From Octopus sinensis (Eukaryota), in NCBI RefSeq assembly GCF_006345805.1, contig NW_021832220.1, positions 62,001 through 126,000 on the forward strand: 64,000 bases of DNA, in the 5' to 3' direction. Of the stretch, positions 50,830 to 64,000 are shown piece after piece. Under the pieces are notes generated by a model. That model searched no databases. It was not told the DNA's origin and saw nothing but the letters and a program-made list of their open reading frames with translations. The first letter of the stretch is position 1. The number at the start of each line of letters is the position of its first letter. The position numbers and the translations under genes were made by a program.

Positions 50830-52008
50830 GAAGGCAAGAAAACTACTAGCATCTAGGAACATGACCATCCAAAGGCAGACGTTGATCATCTGTACCTACC
50901 TAGAAGTAATTGGGGAAGAAGAAAGATGCTGGTAGAACTGTGCTATAAGATCTGCTTGTATAGAGATACGAAAGCAGCAAAATATCACATTCTAATGTCA
51001 AGTAAGCTTGCAAATTCGCAAGGGAACTTGGCATTATCCCTGAATTAGGTGAAGAACCTGAAACTACTGCCACCAAACAGGCAAAATAGATCAAACAGAC
51101 TGCAAAAAAGAATGGGTAGAAACAAGCTGAGGAGCAGTGGAGATAGAAGCCTCTGCATGGACAGTATATATGCAGACCAAGCAATAACCCATCAGTGGCT
51201 GAGAAGTTCAGGACTGAATGCAGACACTGCTTACGAAAAACTACCAGGCCAATGTTCTTCAAAACAGTTCTGACCATAAATGCAGATTCTACAATACATT
51301 TGATGAAACAAGAGACAATCTCGTCTTGGGATGTCCAGTCCTGACACTAAATGAATACAAAAAGTCGCCCCAATAGGGTAGGACAGTATTTACAATGGAA
51401 AATATGTAAACACAACAAAATCAGCTCTCCTGCTTACTGGTATGAACATTATCCTGAGCCAGACGTTGAAGGTAAAAATTTCACAATCCTGTAGAATATT
51501 CCAGTCAACACCGGCAGAACAATCCAGACTAATCAACCAGACATAGTCATTAAGAACAGTGAAGAAAATGCTTGTAGATTAATAGATGTAAGTGTTCCCA
51601 CTGATAAAAAAATATCTATAAAGGAATTTGACATAATTAAATATAAGAACCTGAAAATTGAAATGCAAAAAATGTGGCATCTTAAAGCTAGAACTGTTCC
51701 TGTTATTATAGGTGCCCTTGGTATGATAAGAAAGGGACATCAGAAACATCGAGAATTATGTCTCAGAAAAATCCAAAAGGCTGTGCTGACAAGTACTGCC
51801 CATAACATTAGAAAAACCCTATGTGTTTAAATGTCCGTGTTGTCTTAAATGAAGATATTTCGCTACTGCCCCTGCCATTCCCCTCCCCAAGCTTTCAGTC
51901 ATACTGTAGCATCTCCTATCGTTCACTCGCCCTAGCACAGTGGATGTGTCTCGGCAAGTTATTGTGACAAACATGCAGATTAAAAGTAAATAATAATAAT
52001 AATAATAA
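50830..52008 (+). mobile_element. R4/Dong-like 3' half (CCHC plus restriction-like endonuclease, 3' UTR, (TAA)n tail)
   Basis: HPKADVDHLYLPRS, NQPDIVIK..LIDVSVPTD, KYKNLKIEMQKMW..VPVIIGALG. Tail (TAA)n at about 51988-52008; the same 3' UTR occurs at about 47545-47660. Confidence 0.8.
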
Positions 52009-52546
52009 TCAAGCACTGGCTCTCATGGCTTCTGATCTTAACTGATTGGAAGTGCTATCATGTACATTGTTTTGTTTTCGTATAAAAGATGGGCTACAGC
52101 AAATATTCTGCTCAACACTACAGATTTGAAGTCAGTTGTTTGACCATAACCAGTTGAGAATGTCCTTTAGTGGCTGACAAAATGCATATCTCTGATTACC
52201 AGTAGAACTAGTGGGGGAGCATCATGGCCATATGTTGAGAGGAATTCTTCAGGGTTTGAATAATTTACCTCTGGAAACATGGGTGTTTCGTTCAACATCC
52301 TTAAACAACCCTTATTCAGGGACCTTTTGAGTGGGATGAGCTACACGACATGAAGAAAATTCTAACTGGGCCCCACCAGCAAGGTCATGCACTGTTTATC
52401 TTGATATGAGATCACCATGTTGAGTACGTGTGGTTGTGATGCATGTGCCTGGTGTTCCCTTTTCAGATGGGTAGTCATGATGGGTATACTGGGCTTCATA
52501 TATTTTACCCCAATGTCACTTTGATGGCATGCACTGCTCTCTCACT

Positions 52547-55500
52547 CATCATCATCATCATCTTCATCGTTTAACGTCCGTTTTCCATGCTAGCATGGGT
52601 TGGACAGTTCAACTGGGGTCTGGGGAGCCAGTAGGCTGTGCCAGGCCCAGTCTGATCTGGCAGTGTTCTACTCCATGAGTGTAGTGGGTGCTTTTTACAT
52701 GCCTCCTGCACAGGTGTCAGACGAGGCTGGCAAATGGCCATGATCGGATGGTGCTTTTTACGTGCCACCGGCACGGAGGCCAGTCGGGGCAGAGCAAGCA
52801 ACGGCCACATTCGGACGGTTCTCTTATGTGCCACCGGCACTGGTATCACAGCTACAATTTCCATTGATGTTGATAGATTTCGATTTTCACTTGCCTCAAC
52901 AGGTCTTCACAAGTAGGGTTTGTGTCACAAGAAGGAAAGGTATGCGTAAGTGGGCTGGCTACGTCCCAGGTAGAGGCCACGGTTATGGTTTCACTTGTCC
53001 TGCTGGGTCTTCTCACGCACAGCATACTTCCAAAGGTCTCGGTCTCTGGTCATTTCCTCGGTGAGACCTAAAGTTCGAAGGTCGTGCTTCACCACCTCGT
53101 CCCTGGTTTTCCTGGGTCTACCTCTTCCACAGGTTCCCTCAACCGCTAGGATGTGGCACTTTTTCACACAACTATCTTCATCCATTCTCACTACATGACC
53201 ATACCAGCGCAAACATCTCTCTTGCACACCACAACTGATGCTTCTTAGGTCCAACTTTTCTCTCAAGGTACTTACACTCTGTCGAGTATGAACACTGACA
53301 TTACACATCCATCGGAGCATACTGGCTTCATTTCTTGTGAGCTTACGCATATCCTCAGCAGTCACGGCCCACATTTCACTGCCATGTAGCATGGCTGTTC
53401 GTACACATGCATCATACAGTCTGCCTTTTATTCTGAGTGAGAGGCCTTTTGTCACCAGCAGAGGTAAGAGCTCTCTGAACTTTGCCCAGGCTATTCTTAC
53501 TCTAGCAGTTACACTTTCAGCACACCCGCCTCCGCTACTGACTTGGTCACCTAGGTAACGGAAGCTATCAACTATTTCTAGTTTTTCTCCCTGGAATGTG
53601 GCAGAAGTTGCTCTCAGAGCATTTTCAGTGTTTATTGCTCTTGAGCATCTGCCACATACAAAAACTATCTTCCTAGTTAGCCTTCCTTTGACATTGCTGC
53701 ACCTCTTATGTGTCCATAGCTTACGCTTGGTGCATCTTATAGAGTTTCTACCTACGCCTTTTCTACAGATCGAGCAGGGCCATCTACCTGAAGGCGTTTG
53801 TGATTTGTCTGCCTTCCTACATATTAGGACTTTGGTTTTAGCTAGATTGACTCTAAGGCCCTTCGATTCTAATCCTTGTCTCTACACTTGAAACTTTGCC
53901 TCTAGTTCTGATAGTGACTCAGCAATTAGAGCAAGGTCATCAGCATAGAGGAGCTCCCAGGGGCATCCTGTCTTGAATTCCTCCGTTATTGCCTGGAGGA
54001 CTATGATAAATAGGAGGGGGCTGAGGACTGAACCTCTACCCTGAATTCTTTAGTGTACTCGTTGCCAACCCACACCTTACTTACAGCGTCTCTGTACATG
54101 GCTTGCACAGCTCTCACTAACCATTCATCTATCCCTAGTTTCGTCATTGACCACCAGATAAGGGATCGGGGGACCCTGTCGAAGGCTTTCTCCATGTCAA
54201 CGAAAGCCAGGTACAGGGGCTTATCTTTGTTTGGTTGGGTATTTCTCCTACAGCTGTCTCACCAGAAATATGGCATTAGTGGTGCTTTTCCCTGGCATGA
54301 AACCAAACTGCATCTCATCCAAGCTGACTCTCTCCCTAATCAGTTGGGCTATGACCCACTCCTTGACCTTCATTACCTGATCCAACAGCTTGATACCTCT
54401 GTAATTATTTGTATCTAAAGTGTCACCTTTACCTTTGTAGAAGTTGATTATTATGCTGCTACACCAGTCATTGGGTATGACTCCTTTGTGTATCACCTGA
54501 TTAACTATACGGGTGACTAGGCTATAGCCGACACTACCAGATATTTTGAGCATCTCTGCAGTAATTCCTGATGGGCCTGGGGCTTTCCCTGTCTTCATGC
54601 TTCTAATTGCCTTAACTACTAAGGAACTGTCAACTCAGATAGCTGGTCCCTCTGTTGGGTCGACATTTGGCAGACTCTCTTTATCCCATTAATTTTCCTT
54701 ATTTAGCAGCCTCTCATAATGGTGTCTCCAAACCTCTCTCTTTGCATCCTCATTCAGCGCAAGTGAGCCATCATCCATGTGAACACATTTCTCTCCTACC
54801 ACATCTCTCACGCACTGTTTTGCAACACTGTCTCAAGTCTTTGGTCCTCACGGCGCAGAACATTGGCAAATTTTTTCTTATCTGCTTCCGCTCTGGCTAA
54901 ATAAACCTGTCTCCTAGCTTCTCTTTTGGTTGTCTGATGCAATTCCCTGCTACCACCATTTTTCCAGTCCTTCCAAGCCTGTCTCTTTTCTCTAACAGCT
55001 CTGTCTACAACATTGTTCCACCACCACGTTATTTTGGGTTGAGAGGGGACTTTGCACCAGCCACAGATCTGGTCAGTGGCTCTCAGCAGGTTGTCCCTTA
55101 GAGACCTCCAGTTGTCTTCTACCCCATGTGAAGCTATATCCCCTTCTACTTCGTCAAAGGCTTCAAGTAACATGTCTCTAAGTCTCTGTCCATTCACAGG
55201 ATCTTTAAGCTTCCAGATCCTTCTTCTCCATGTTGGTCGTCTTCTGGTTGTCCTCTTAGTCCTGATCCTAAAGTCACTAACTACCAGTCTATGTTGCGGG
55301 GTACATTCTTCGCCTGGGAAGATTTTGGCATTTATAAGCAGCCATCTTTCACTTTTCCTGGCAAGGATGTAGTCAATTTGGCTGGTATGTTGGCCCAATC
55401 GATAGGTGACTAGGTGGCTGGTAGGTTTCCTGAAGTTAGTGTTGCAAACCATAAGATCATTTGCATCGCAGAACTCCAGCAGCCTGGTTCCCTCCTCGTT

Positions 55501-55577
55501 GCAGGAAACATAACCATAGCCTCGATGTACACCATGGAAGCCCCCAGCATGTCGTCCAACGTGACCATTGAAGTCAA
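52547..55577 (-). mobile_element. RTE-clade LINE, copy 3 (longest; includes part of the APE domain)
   Basis: DFNGHVG..NEEGTRLLEFC..SQIDYIL (54808-55614), KAPGPSG..NYRGIKLL (54248-54598), RT fragments and (TGA)n tail. Truncated at an (AAT)n tract. Confidence 0.92.
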
Positions 55578-55599
55578 TAATAATAATAATAATAATAAT

Positions 55600-56125
55600 A
55601 ATTTCATTTGCCACAAGGTCAAAGAAGACAATACACAGAAAGACATAAAGTGTGGGAGATTACATATAATGAAATGAAAAGAAAATTAATATACATGGTA
55701 TACACTGAAAAAGAAGTGACATACGCATAGAATACAAAGGTTTAAAGAAATAAAAAAAAGGTGGTGGGTGGCTGATAGAAATGTAGCCCTCCTGATTCAG
55801 GAGGACCTCTGGGTGAAATCGAAGAACCCCACTGTCTGAGATTTCCCTGAATACCATGAGTAAGTGTCCTCTCCAGCTCCTATTCTATGACTCACAGGTA
55901 TACACTGAGAGAGATACCATCCACTCTTGCCATTTTCGCAACTTTCACCCACCTTTCAGTAAACTCACTTGAGGACAGCACTTCCCTCTCCACTCTCAAT
56001 TTCCTGTTCAAGTGAAACATGAAGATGTCAATGAGAGCTCTACCAAAGAGGAGTGTATCTGTCCTCATGCCTTTCAGCCACGTCCACCTAACAACCTCTT
56101 TTTCCACAGCCACCAGCCAAAAGAA
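55600..56125 (-). mobile_element. 3' fragment of a second Tx1 subfamily
   Basis: ORF 55892-56113 (AVEKEVVRWTWLKG..LIDIFMFHLNRKLRVE..F..RW) is homologous to ORF2 end 14908-15108. Its 3' end abuts (ATT)n. Confidence 0.7.
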
Positions 56126-59100
56126 AACTGCCTTGCCTGCTCAATTGAAGGAGGGCAGCGAGGCAATCATTGCTACAGACACTACTGTGATAATATCAAC
56201 AACATGTCGCGGTAACAACAGGATCAAAAACTGACTTTCTACAACGATTTGAAGTGAGAAATATGAAAGTTGTGGTAAATGAGGAAAGTAGACATGATAC
56301 CAATAGTAATTGGCCTTCTTGGAGCACTCAGCTCCCAACATGGCTAAAAAAGATTGGTACAAATATAAAGACAGAATAACTACAAAAATCAGTATAGCTT
56401 GGAACTGCAACAATTCTTCGCAGGGTCCTTGAAGCATGACCAGTACACAAGTATCATCTCAGTCAGCTTGCTGTAGACAGCTTATACTTTCCATCATACT
56501 CAACAAAATAAGCTGAGAGATTTTCATAATAATTATAATAATAACAACAACAATATCAACCTTACAGGAACACATAAAAAGTTGGCTGAGAAATGTAATG
56601 AAATATTAGCAGGACCAGAGACAATGCCTGAATGGCTCACGGAATGGAATATTATCCTAATTCCCAAATCTACTGAAACAACAAATTCACAAAATTACAG
56701 ACTGATAACTTGTCTCCCTACAATTTACAAAGCCTTTACTGCAATAATATTGCAGAGAATGAGCAAGCATCTGGAAGAAAACAACCTGTTTTCAGAAGAG
56801 CAGAAGGGATGCTGTAAGGGCTCACATGGCTGTAAAGATCAGTTGCTGATAAATAAAGCTATAACTGAAGACAGCCACAGAAATAACAAGGGTCTAAGTA
56901 TGGCCTGGATCGACTACTGAAAGGTTTTTAATAGTATTCCCCACACATGAATCCTAGAAACACTAGCCATGAACAAGGTAGCACCAATAATCACAAATTA
57001 CATAAAACACTCCATGAATAAATGGCAGACAGTACTACAGCTCCAGACAAAAGTGGGATTCATAAAAGCCAAAGCCATCATAATTAGAAGAGGAATATTC
57101 TAGAGAGACACCATACTCTATCCACTCCTTTTCTGCTTGGCACTGACACCTTTATCAGACATGCTAAACAGAACTGGATGTGGATACAACTGCTATGGCA
57201 AAACAATCAGCCACCTCTTGTAGATGAATAATCTAAAACTGTATGCTACGAATGGTAAATAGCTGGAAACATTACTACAGACACTACATGGATTTACCAA
57301 AGAAATAAACACAAAATCTGGCTTAGAAAAATGTACCAAAGCACCCTTGAAAAGAGGAAATCTATTTAAGCATAGCAACATCACACTAGATAAAGCAAAT
57401 GAAATAAGAAAATTAGACCAAAGCCCGACATCCAAATACATAGGAATCAATGAACTAGATACAATTCAACACACCCAAATGAAAGAGAAGATAAGAAACG
57501 AATACTACAGACGAATTATATTAATACTGAAAACAAGATAATGGGTATCAACACTCTAGCCGTCCCAGTTATAAGTTACAGCTACAATATTCTTAACTGG
57601 ACTCTAAATAAACTACTCAAAATAGAGAGGAAAACAAGAAAAATAATGACAAGAGGAGGAGAATACTGATTATGAAAGATAGGAGGAGCCAAGGGTAATA
57701 GAGCCAGCAACTATAGACCTATAGACTTGCTTACCATTAGTGTAGAAGCTGTTAACAGGAATGTTTTAAGAAAGCATTTATGAGCACCTTGGCAACCAGA
57801 ATTTACTACCAGAAGAACAGAAAGGTTGCAGGAAGAAGGCTAGAGGAATGAATGGTCTATTATACAAATCAGTTGCAAATGAAGTAAAAGTGAGAAAGAA
57901 AAGTCTAACAATAGAAAGGATAGAAAGCCTATACTATGATCCCACACTCATGGATAAGTGAATGTCTGAGTATATTCAGCATAGCAGGCAACATAAGAGA
58001 ATTGATTAGTTACAGTCTGAAGATATGGGAAGTAGATCTCTACCCAGGTGATGCACTCTTAGAGAGAAAGTTAATATCAAAAGAGGAATTTTCAAGGGGG
58101 ATTTGTCCCCTTCAATATTTGCCTTATATTTGATCCCCCTCAGTTTAGTATTAAGAAAGGCAAAGGCAGGGTATCAGCTCAGAAATAGTATGGGAAAAAT
58201 TAACCATGGATGATCTGAAGTTTTTTTAGTAAGAATGAAAAGGAGATAGATTCCTTAATACAGACTGTAAGACTCATCAGCAAAGATATAGGCAAGGAAT
58301 TTGGCATAGATAAGTGAGCAATATTGGTCATGAGAAGGGTAGTCAACAGTGTAATGAGAAGGTAGTCAATAGCGATGGCATCCAATTACCAGATGGCCAG
58401 ACATTAAAGATATAAGTATTTAGGAGTATTAGAATCTGACAGAATCTGACAGCTATAGAAAAGAAAACAGAAAATGAGGAGTACATCAGAAGGGCGAGGA
58501 AGTCAATGAAGTCAAAGGCTGTAAATTTGCAAAGCTAAACAGAAGAACTAGAAAGGGAATAAATATGAATGGAGGACTCCACCCATAGGCAGGAGTAGCA
58601 AGACTATACTTACATAAAAAGGAAGGCGGAAGAAGGTTAATATCAGTAGAAGACTATGTGGAGTTAGCTAGAGTAGATAAAGACTCCTATATAGTAATAG
58701 TGAAGAAAGTTTTATTAAAAGCTGCTAGAGTCACATCAAGACAGAGGAAAACCAAAAACCTAAACGAAGTTAAAACCCAGAAAAAAGAACAGAAGGCATT
58801 GCATGGTAGATTCCCAAAGATAGTTTCAGCAAATAGTAGTAGTGAAACATGGTTATGGCAGTAGAAGGGAAAGCTGAAGAGGGAGATAGAAAGTTTGATA
58901 GTAGCTGCACTAACATTAAGGATAAATTGGATAAAAGCTAAGTAGATTTCCAATGTAGGTTATGCAAATCAAAAGAGGAAAGTGTTACTCATGTAGTAAG
59001 TGAAATTAGCCAGCTGGCCCAGAAAGAATACAAGAAAATACCTGACAATCTAGGGAGAGCAATCCACTGGGTGCTATGTAGAAAGCTAGGATTTGAACAT

Positions 59101-59590
59101 AGTGATAAATGGTATGAACATGAACCTAGTAAATTATTAGAAAGTAAGGAATACATGATGTAGAGGGACTTTAACACTTAGACTGACAGAGTAAGAGAAG
59201 CAAGAAGGCCTGATTTGGTAGGTAGTAGATAAAGAGAATAGATAGTGACAGACAACTGACTTTACAGTCCCAAATGATTAAAAAATTAATATGAGAAATA
59301 TAGAAAAAATAGCAAAGTATCAGGACCTAGCTGTTGAGACTATGGAAATGCTAGTAAAATGTATTCCAGTACTTATAGGTGCATTAGAATCTATCCCTAA
59401 AGATAGATGGACAGAGGAAATAGGCATAAAACCCAGTTTAGTACAGCTACAAAAAACAGTGATATTAGGGACAGCTAGGATATTTAGGAGGGTTCTTGGC
59501 ATCTAAGGTTACTTGCTGTAACCCAATGTTAGGATTCTATTCTTTTCCAACAGTCTTATCTGTTGAGTGTATATGAATAATAAAAGCACC
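56125..59590 (+). mobile_element. Cluster of R4/Dong-like fragments
   Basis: RLE end (about 56130-56440), RT (56582-57640: NYRLITCLPTIYK, QKGCCKGSHGCKDQLLINK), and a further RT-to-RLE copy ending GTARIFRRVLGI* at 59506. Confidence 0.8.
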
Positions 59591-60964
59591 ACCAACAATA
59601 ATAATACATTGTTTTGTCTTGGTATAAAAGATGGGCTACAGCAAATATTCTGCTCAATACCACAGATTTGCCTGCCAGTTGTTTGACCAAACCGTGTCCC
59701 TTAGTGGCTGACGATATGTGCATCTCTGATCACTAGCAGAAGTAGTGGGAGAGCATCATAGTCATGTGTTGAGAGGAATTCTTTGGGGGTTTCAATAATT
59801 CACCTCTGGAAACATGGGTGTTTTGTTCAACATCCTTAAGCAATCCTTATTCAGGGACATTTTGAGCGGGATGGGCAGCTTCATCAAAGGCAAGCTGAAG
59901 GAGTGAGGTTAACATGACTGCGTCTAAAGTATGACGTGTAAATTTTATGAGGCAATTGTTTTGGTTTCAAGTAGAATCCTGAAATATAATTCTTTCATTT
60001 CAAACATAACTTACCTTATTTCCCACTACGTATTTATGGTTTCAAATAGTCTTATTTTTTTGCGACTGAATGTAAATTATTTGTCAAAATAAACTAAAAT
60101 AGGAAGTTTTTGTAAACATTATACAAATAATAACTTCTTACCTAGGTACAAGGCTACAATTTTTGCTGGGAGTAAACAGTTTGTTACATTGACCATGGTC
60201 CTTGAATAGCTGTAGTGTTATGAGCCAGGCTGTGTTGGAGGGAAGGATCGGAAGGCATGTCCTGTTGGAAGTGGTGCCTGTGGATCCCACCAGAAGTGCT
60301 GAGGTGGACATGCAGCATTCAGCGAAGTATGACAGTCAGTCGGTGGCAAGCAGCACACCAGAGCGGATGTGTGAGAAAGTAGAACATTGGATAGCGCACA
60401 TGGATGTGGAGTGAACCTTGGAGATTGTAACAGCACGTGGATGTTGAAAGGGACCCTTTCTCCAGACCGACAGGTAAGACTACCGTAATTCTCTCTTCGC
60501 TTCCGTCTTTTTTCTTCCTTCACATCACAATGGTATTTATCTTATAGACCAAACACCAGACGGAAATAGCAGGACGGAGTTATGAGTAGCTATAATGTCA
60601 CCCAAGCTGTTAGAAATAGCAGTCAAATGTCCCTCAAATCAGATGTATATTCTCGGAAAGGAAGGAACTTAAAGAACAATAAGGTAGGGTGCATTGAATA
60701 ATATAATCCTAGATATATAGTGTCTGAAGAAATGATGGCTGGAATTTTAATTATACACGTATCGAATACTTTGGAAATCCAAAGTGCCCAATTGCAGATA
60801 CATCGACCATAAATCTTGCAGCCGTTGCAAGAATATTAATCTAAAAAAGAATTAAGTTTGACCTGGGGCTAAATAACAACATGAAAACAAAAAAGTCATA
60901 AATATTTCAAAATAACTCAATTCTATCAGAATGAGAATGTCACACGTTTTATAGAAAATTAGTA

Positions 60965-63900
60965 GAGTAATTGACTTGATTTATCTGAGTAATTGACTTG
61001 ATTTATCTGAGTAATTGACTTGATTTATCTGAGTAATTGACTTCATTTATCTGAGTAATTGACTTCATTTATCTGAGTAATTGACTTCATTTATCTGAGT
61101 AATTGACTTCATTTATCTGAGTAATTGACTTGATTTATCTGAGTAATTGACTTGATTTATCTGAGTAATTGACTTGATTTATCTGAGTAATTGACTTGAT
61201 TTATCTGAGTAATTGACTTGATTTATCTGAGTAATTGACTTCATTTATCTGAGTAATTGACTTGATTTATCTGAGTAATTGACTTGATTTATCTGAGTAA
61301 TTGACTTGATTTATCTGAGTAATTGACTTGATTTATCTGAGTAATTGACTTGATTTATCTGAGTAATTGACTTCATTTATCTGAGTAATTGACTTGATTT
61401 ATCTGAGTAATTGACTTCATTTATCTGAGTAATTGACTTCATTTATCTGAGTAATTGACTTGATTTATCTGAGTAATTGACTTGATTTATCTGAGTAATT
61501 GACTTCATTTATCTGAGTAATTGACTTGATTTATCTGAGTAATTGACTTGATTTATCTGAGTAATTGACTTCATTTATCTGAGTAATTGACTTCATTTAT
61601 CTGAGTAATTGACTTGATTTATCTGAGTAATTGACTTGATTTATCTGAGTAATTGACTTGATTTATCTGAGTAATTGACTTCATTTATCTGAGTAATTGA
61701 CTTCATTTATCTGAGTAATTGACTTCATTTATCTGAGTAATTGACTTCATTTATCTGAGTAATTGACTTGATTTATCTGAGTAATTGACTTGATTTATCT
61801 GAGTAATTGACTTCATTTATCTGAGTAATTGACTTGATTTATCTGAGTAATTGACTTCATTTATCTGAGTAATTGACTTGATTTATCTGAGTAATTGACT
61901 TCATTTATCTGAGTAATTGACTTCATTTATCTGAGTAATTGACTTGATTTATCTGAGTAATTGACTTGATTTATCTGAGTAATTGACTTCATTTATCTGA
62001 GTAATTGACTTGATTTATCTGAGTAATTGACTTCATTTATCTGAGTAATTGACTTGATTTATCTGAGTAATTGACTTCATTTATCTGAGTAATTGACTTG
62101 ATTTATCTGAGTAATTGACTTGATTTATCTGAGTAATTGACTTGATTTATCTGAGTAATTGACTTCATTTATCTGAGTAATTGACTTGATTTATCTGAGT
62201 AATTGACTTGATTTATCTGAGTAATTGACTTGATTTATCTGAGTAATTGACTTGATTTATCTGAGTAATTGACTTGATTTATCTGAGTAATTGACTTGAT
62301 TTATCTGAGTAATTGACTTGATTTATCTGAGTAATTGACTTCATTTATCTGAGTAATTGACTTGATTTATCTGAGTAATTGACTTCATTTATCTGAGTAA
62401 TTGACTTCATTTATCTGAGTAATTGACTTCATTTATCTGAGTAATTGACTTGATTTATCTGAGTAATTGACTTGATTTATCTGAGTAATTGACTTGATTT
62501 ATCTGAGTAATTGACTTGATTTATCTGAGTAATTGACTTCATTTATCTGAGTAATTGACTTGATTTATCTGAGTAATTGACTTGATTTATCTGAGTAATT
62601 GACTTCATTTATCTGAGTAATTGACTTGATTTATCTGAGTAATTGACTTGATTTATCTGAGTAATTGACTTCATTTATCTGAGTAATTGACTTGATTTAT
62701 CTGAGTAATTGACTTGATTTATCTGAGTAATTGACTTGATTTATCTGAGTAATTGACTTGATTTATCTGAGTAATTGACTTGATTTATCTGAGTAATTGA
62801 CTTCATTTATCTGAGTAATTGACTTGATTTATCTGAGTAATTGACTTGATTTATCTGAGTAATTGACTTCATTTATCTGAGTAATTGACTTGATTTATCT
62901 GAGTAATTGACTTGATTTATCTGAGTAATTGACTTCATTTATCTGAGTAATTGACTTCATTTATCTGAGTAATTGACTTGATTTATCTGAGTAATTGACT
63001 TCATTTATCTGAGTAATTGACTTGATTTATCTGAGTAATTGACTTGATTTATCTGAGTAATTGACTTCATTTATCTGAGTAATTGACTTGATTTATCTGA
63101 GTAATTGACTTCATTTATCTGAGTAATTGACTTGATTTATCTGAGTAATTGACTTCATTTATCTGAGTAATTGACTTGATTTATCTGAGTAATTGACTTG
63201 ATTTATCTGAGTAATTGACTTCATTTATCTGAGTAATTGACTTGATTTATCTGAGTAATTGACTTGATTTATCTGAGTAATTGACTTCATTTATCTGAGT
63301 AATTGACTTCATTTATCTGAGTAATTGACTTGATTTATCTGAGTAATTGACTTCATTTATCTGAGTAATTGACTTCATTTATCTGAGTAATTGACTTCAT
63401 TTATCTGAGTAATTGACTTGATTTATCTGAGTAATTGACTTGATTTATCTGAGTAATTGACTTCATTTATCTGAGTAATTGACTTGATTTATCTGAGTAA
63501 TTGACTTGATTTATCTGAGTAATTGACTTCATTTATCTGAGTAATTGACTTGATTTATCTGAGTAATTGACTTGATTTATCTGAGTAATTGACTTGATTT
63601 ATCTGAGTAATTGACTTGATTTATCTGAGTAATTGACTTGATTTATCTGAGTAATTGACTTGATTTATCTGAGTAATTGACTTCATTTATCTGAGTAATT
63701 GACTTGATTTATCTGAGTAATTGACTTCATTTATCTGAGTAATTGACTTGATTTATCTGAGTAATTGACTTGATTTATCTGAGTAATTGACTTGATTTAT
63801 CTGAGTAATTGACTTCATTTATCTGAGTAATTGACTTCATTTATCTGAGTAATTGACTTCATTTATCTGAGTAATTGACTTGATTTATCTGAGTAATTGA

Positions 63901-64000
63901 CTTGATTTATCTGAGTAATTGACTTGATTTATCTGAGTAATTGACTTGATTTATCTGAGTAATTGACTTGATTTATCTGAGTAATTGACTTCATTTATCT
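60965..64000. repeat. 22-bp minisatellite GAGTAATTGACTT(G/C)ATTTATCT, 138 units, continues past the window end
   Basis: 3036 bp = 138 x 22. The only variation I saw is G or C at unit position 14. Confidence 0.97.

Noticed and set aside
60202-60473. GC-richer ORF followed by a GTAAGA donor
   Set aside because: No recognisable protein and stops before the donor; more likely decayed LINE sequence.

Overview
This is AT-rich, microsatellite-dense eukaryotic DNA. The SINE and LINE families look like those of Octopus; that is recognition from memory, not a database result. Host genes are the last coding exon of TTC36 (1782-1948, +) and a multi-exon gene ending in an SVBP/CCDC23 domain (about 26.5-43.5 kb, +) that has a tandem-duplicated exon with a dead donor. 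The rest is mostly transposon debris: R4/Dong, RTE, Tx1/L1, CR1, Penelope-like elements (PLEs), Helitrons, piggyBac, mariner/Tc1 and tRNA-SINEs. A 22-bp two-variant minisatellite runs off the right end. The main discovery is several unrelated repeat families carrying minimal type-I hammerhead ribozyme (HHR) motifs with a self-complementary helix III. One is a 546-nt head-to-tail unit with one canonical HHR per unit (retrozyme/circRNA-like). Another has a compensatory U3:A8 catalytic core. All four long fold-back palindromes I found contain such a motif. A near-intact full-length Tx1 element sits inside a (TC)n microsatellite. No computation was run: folds and translations were done by eye, and TE boundaries are approximate.
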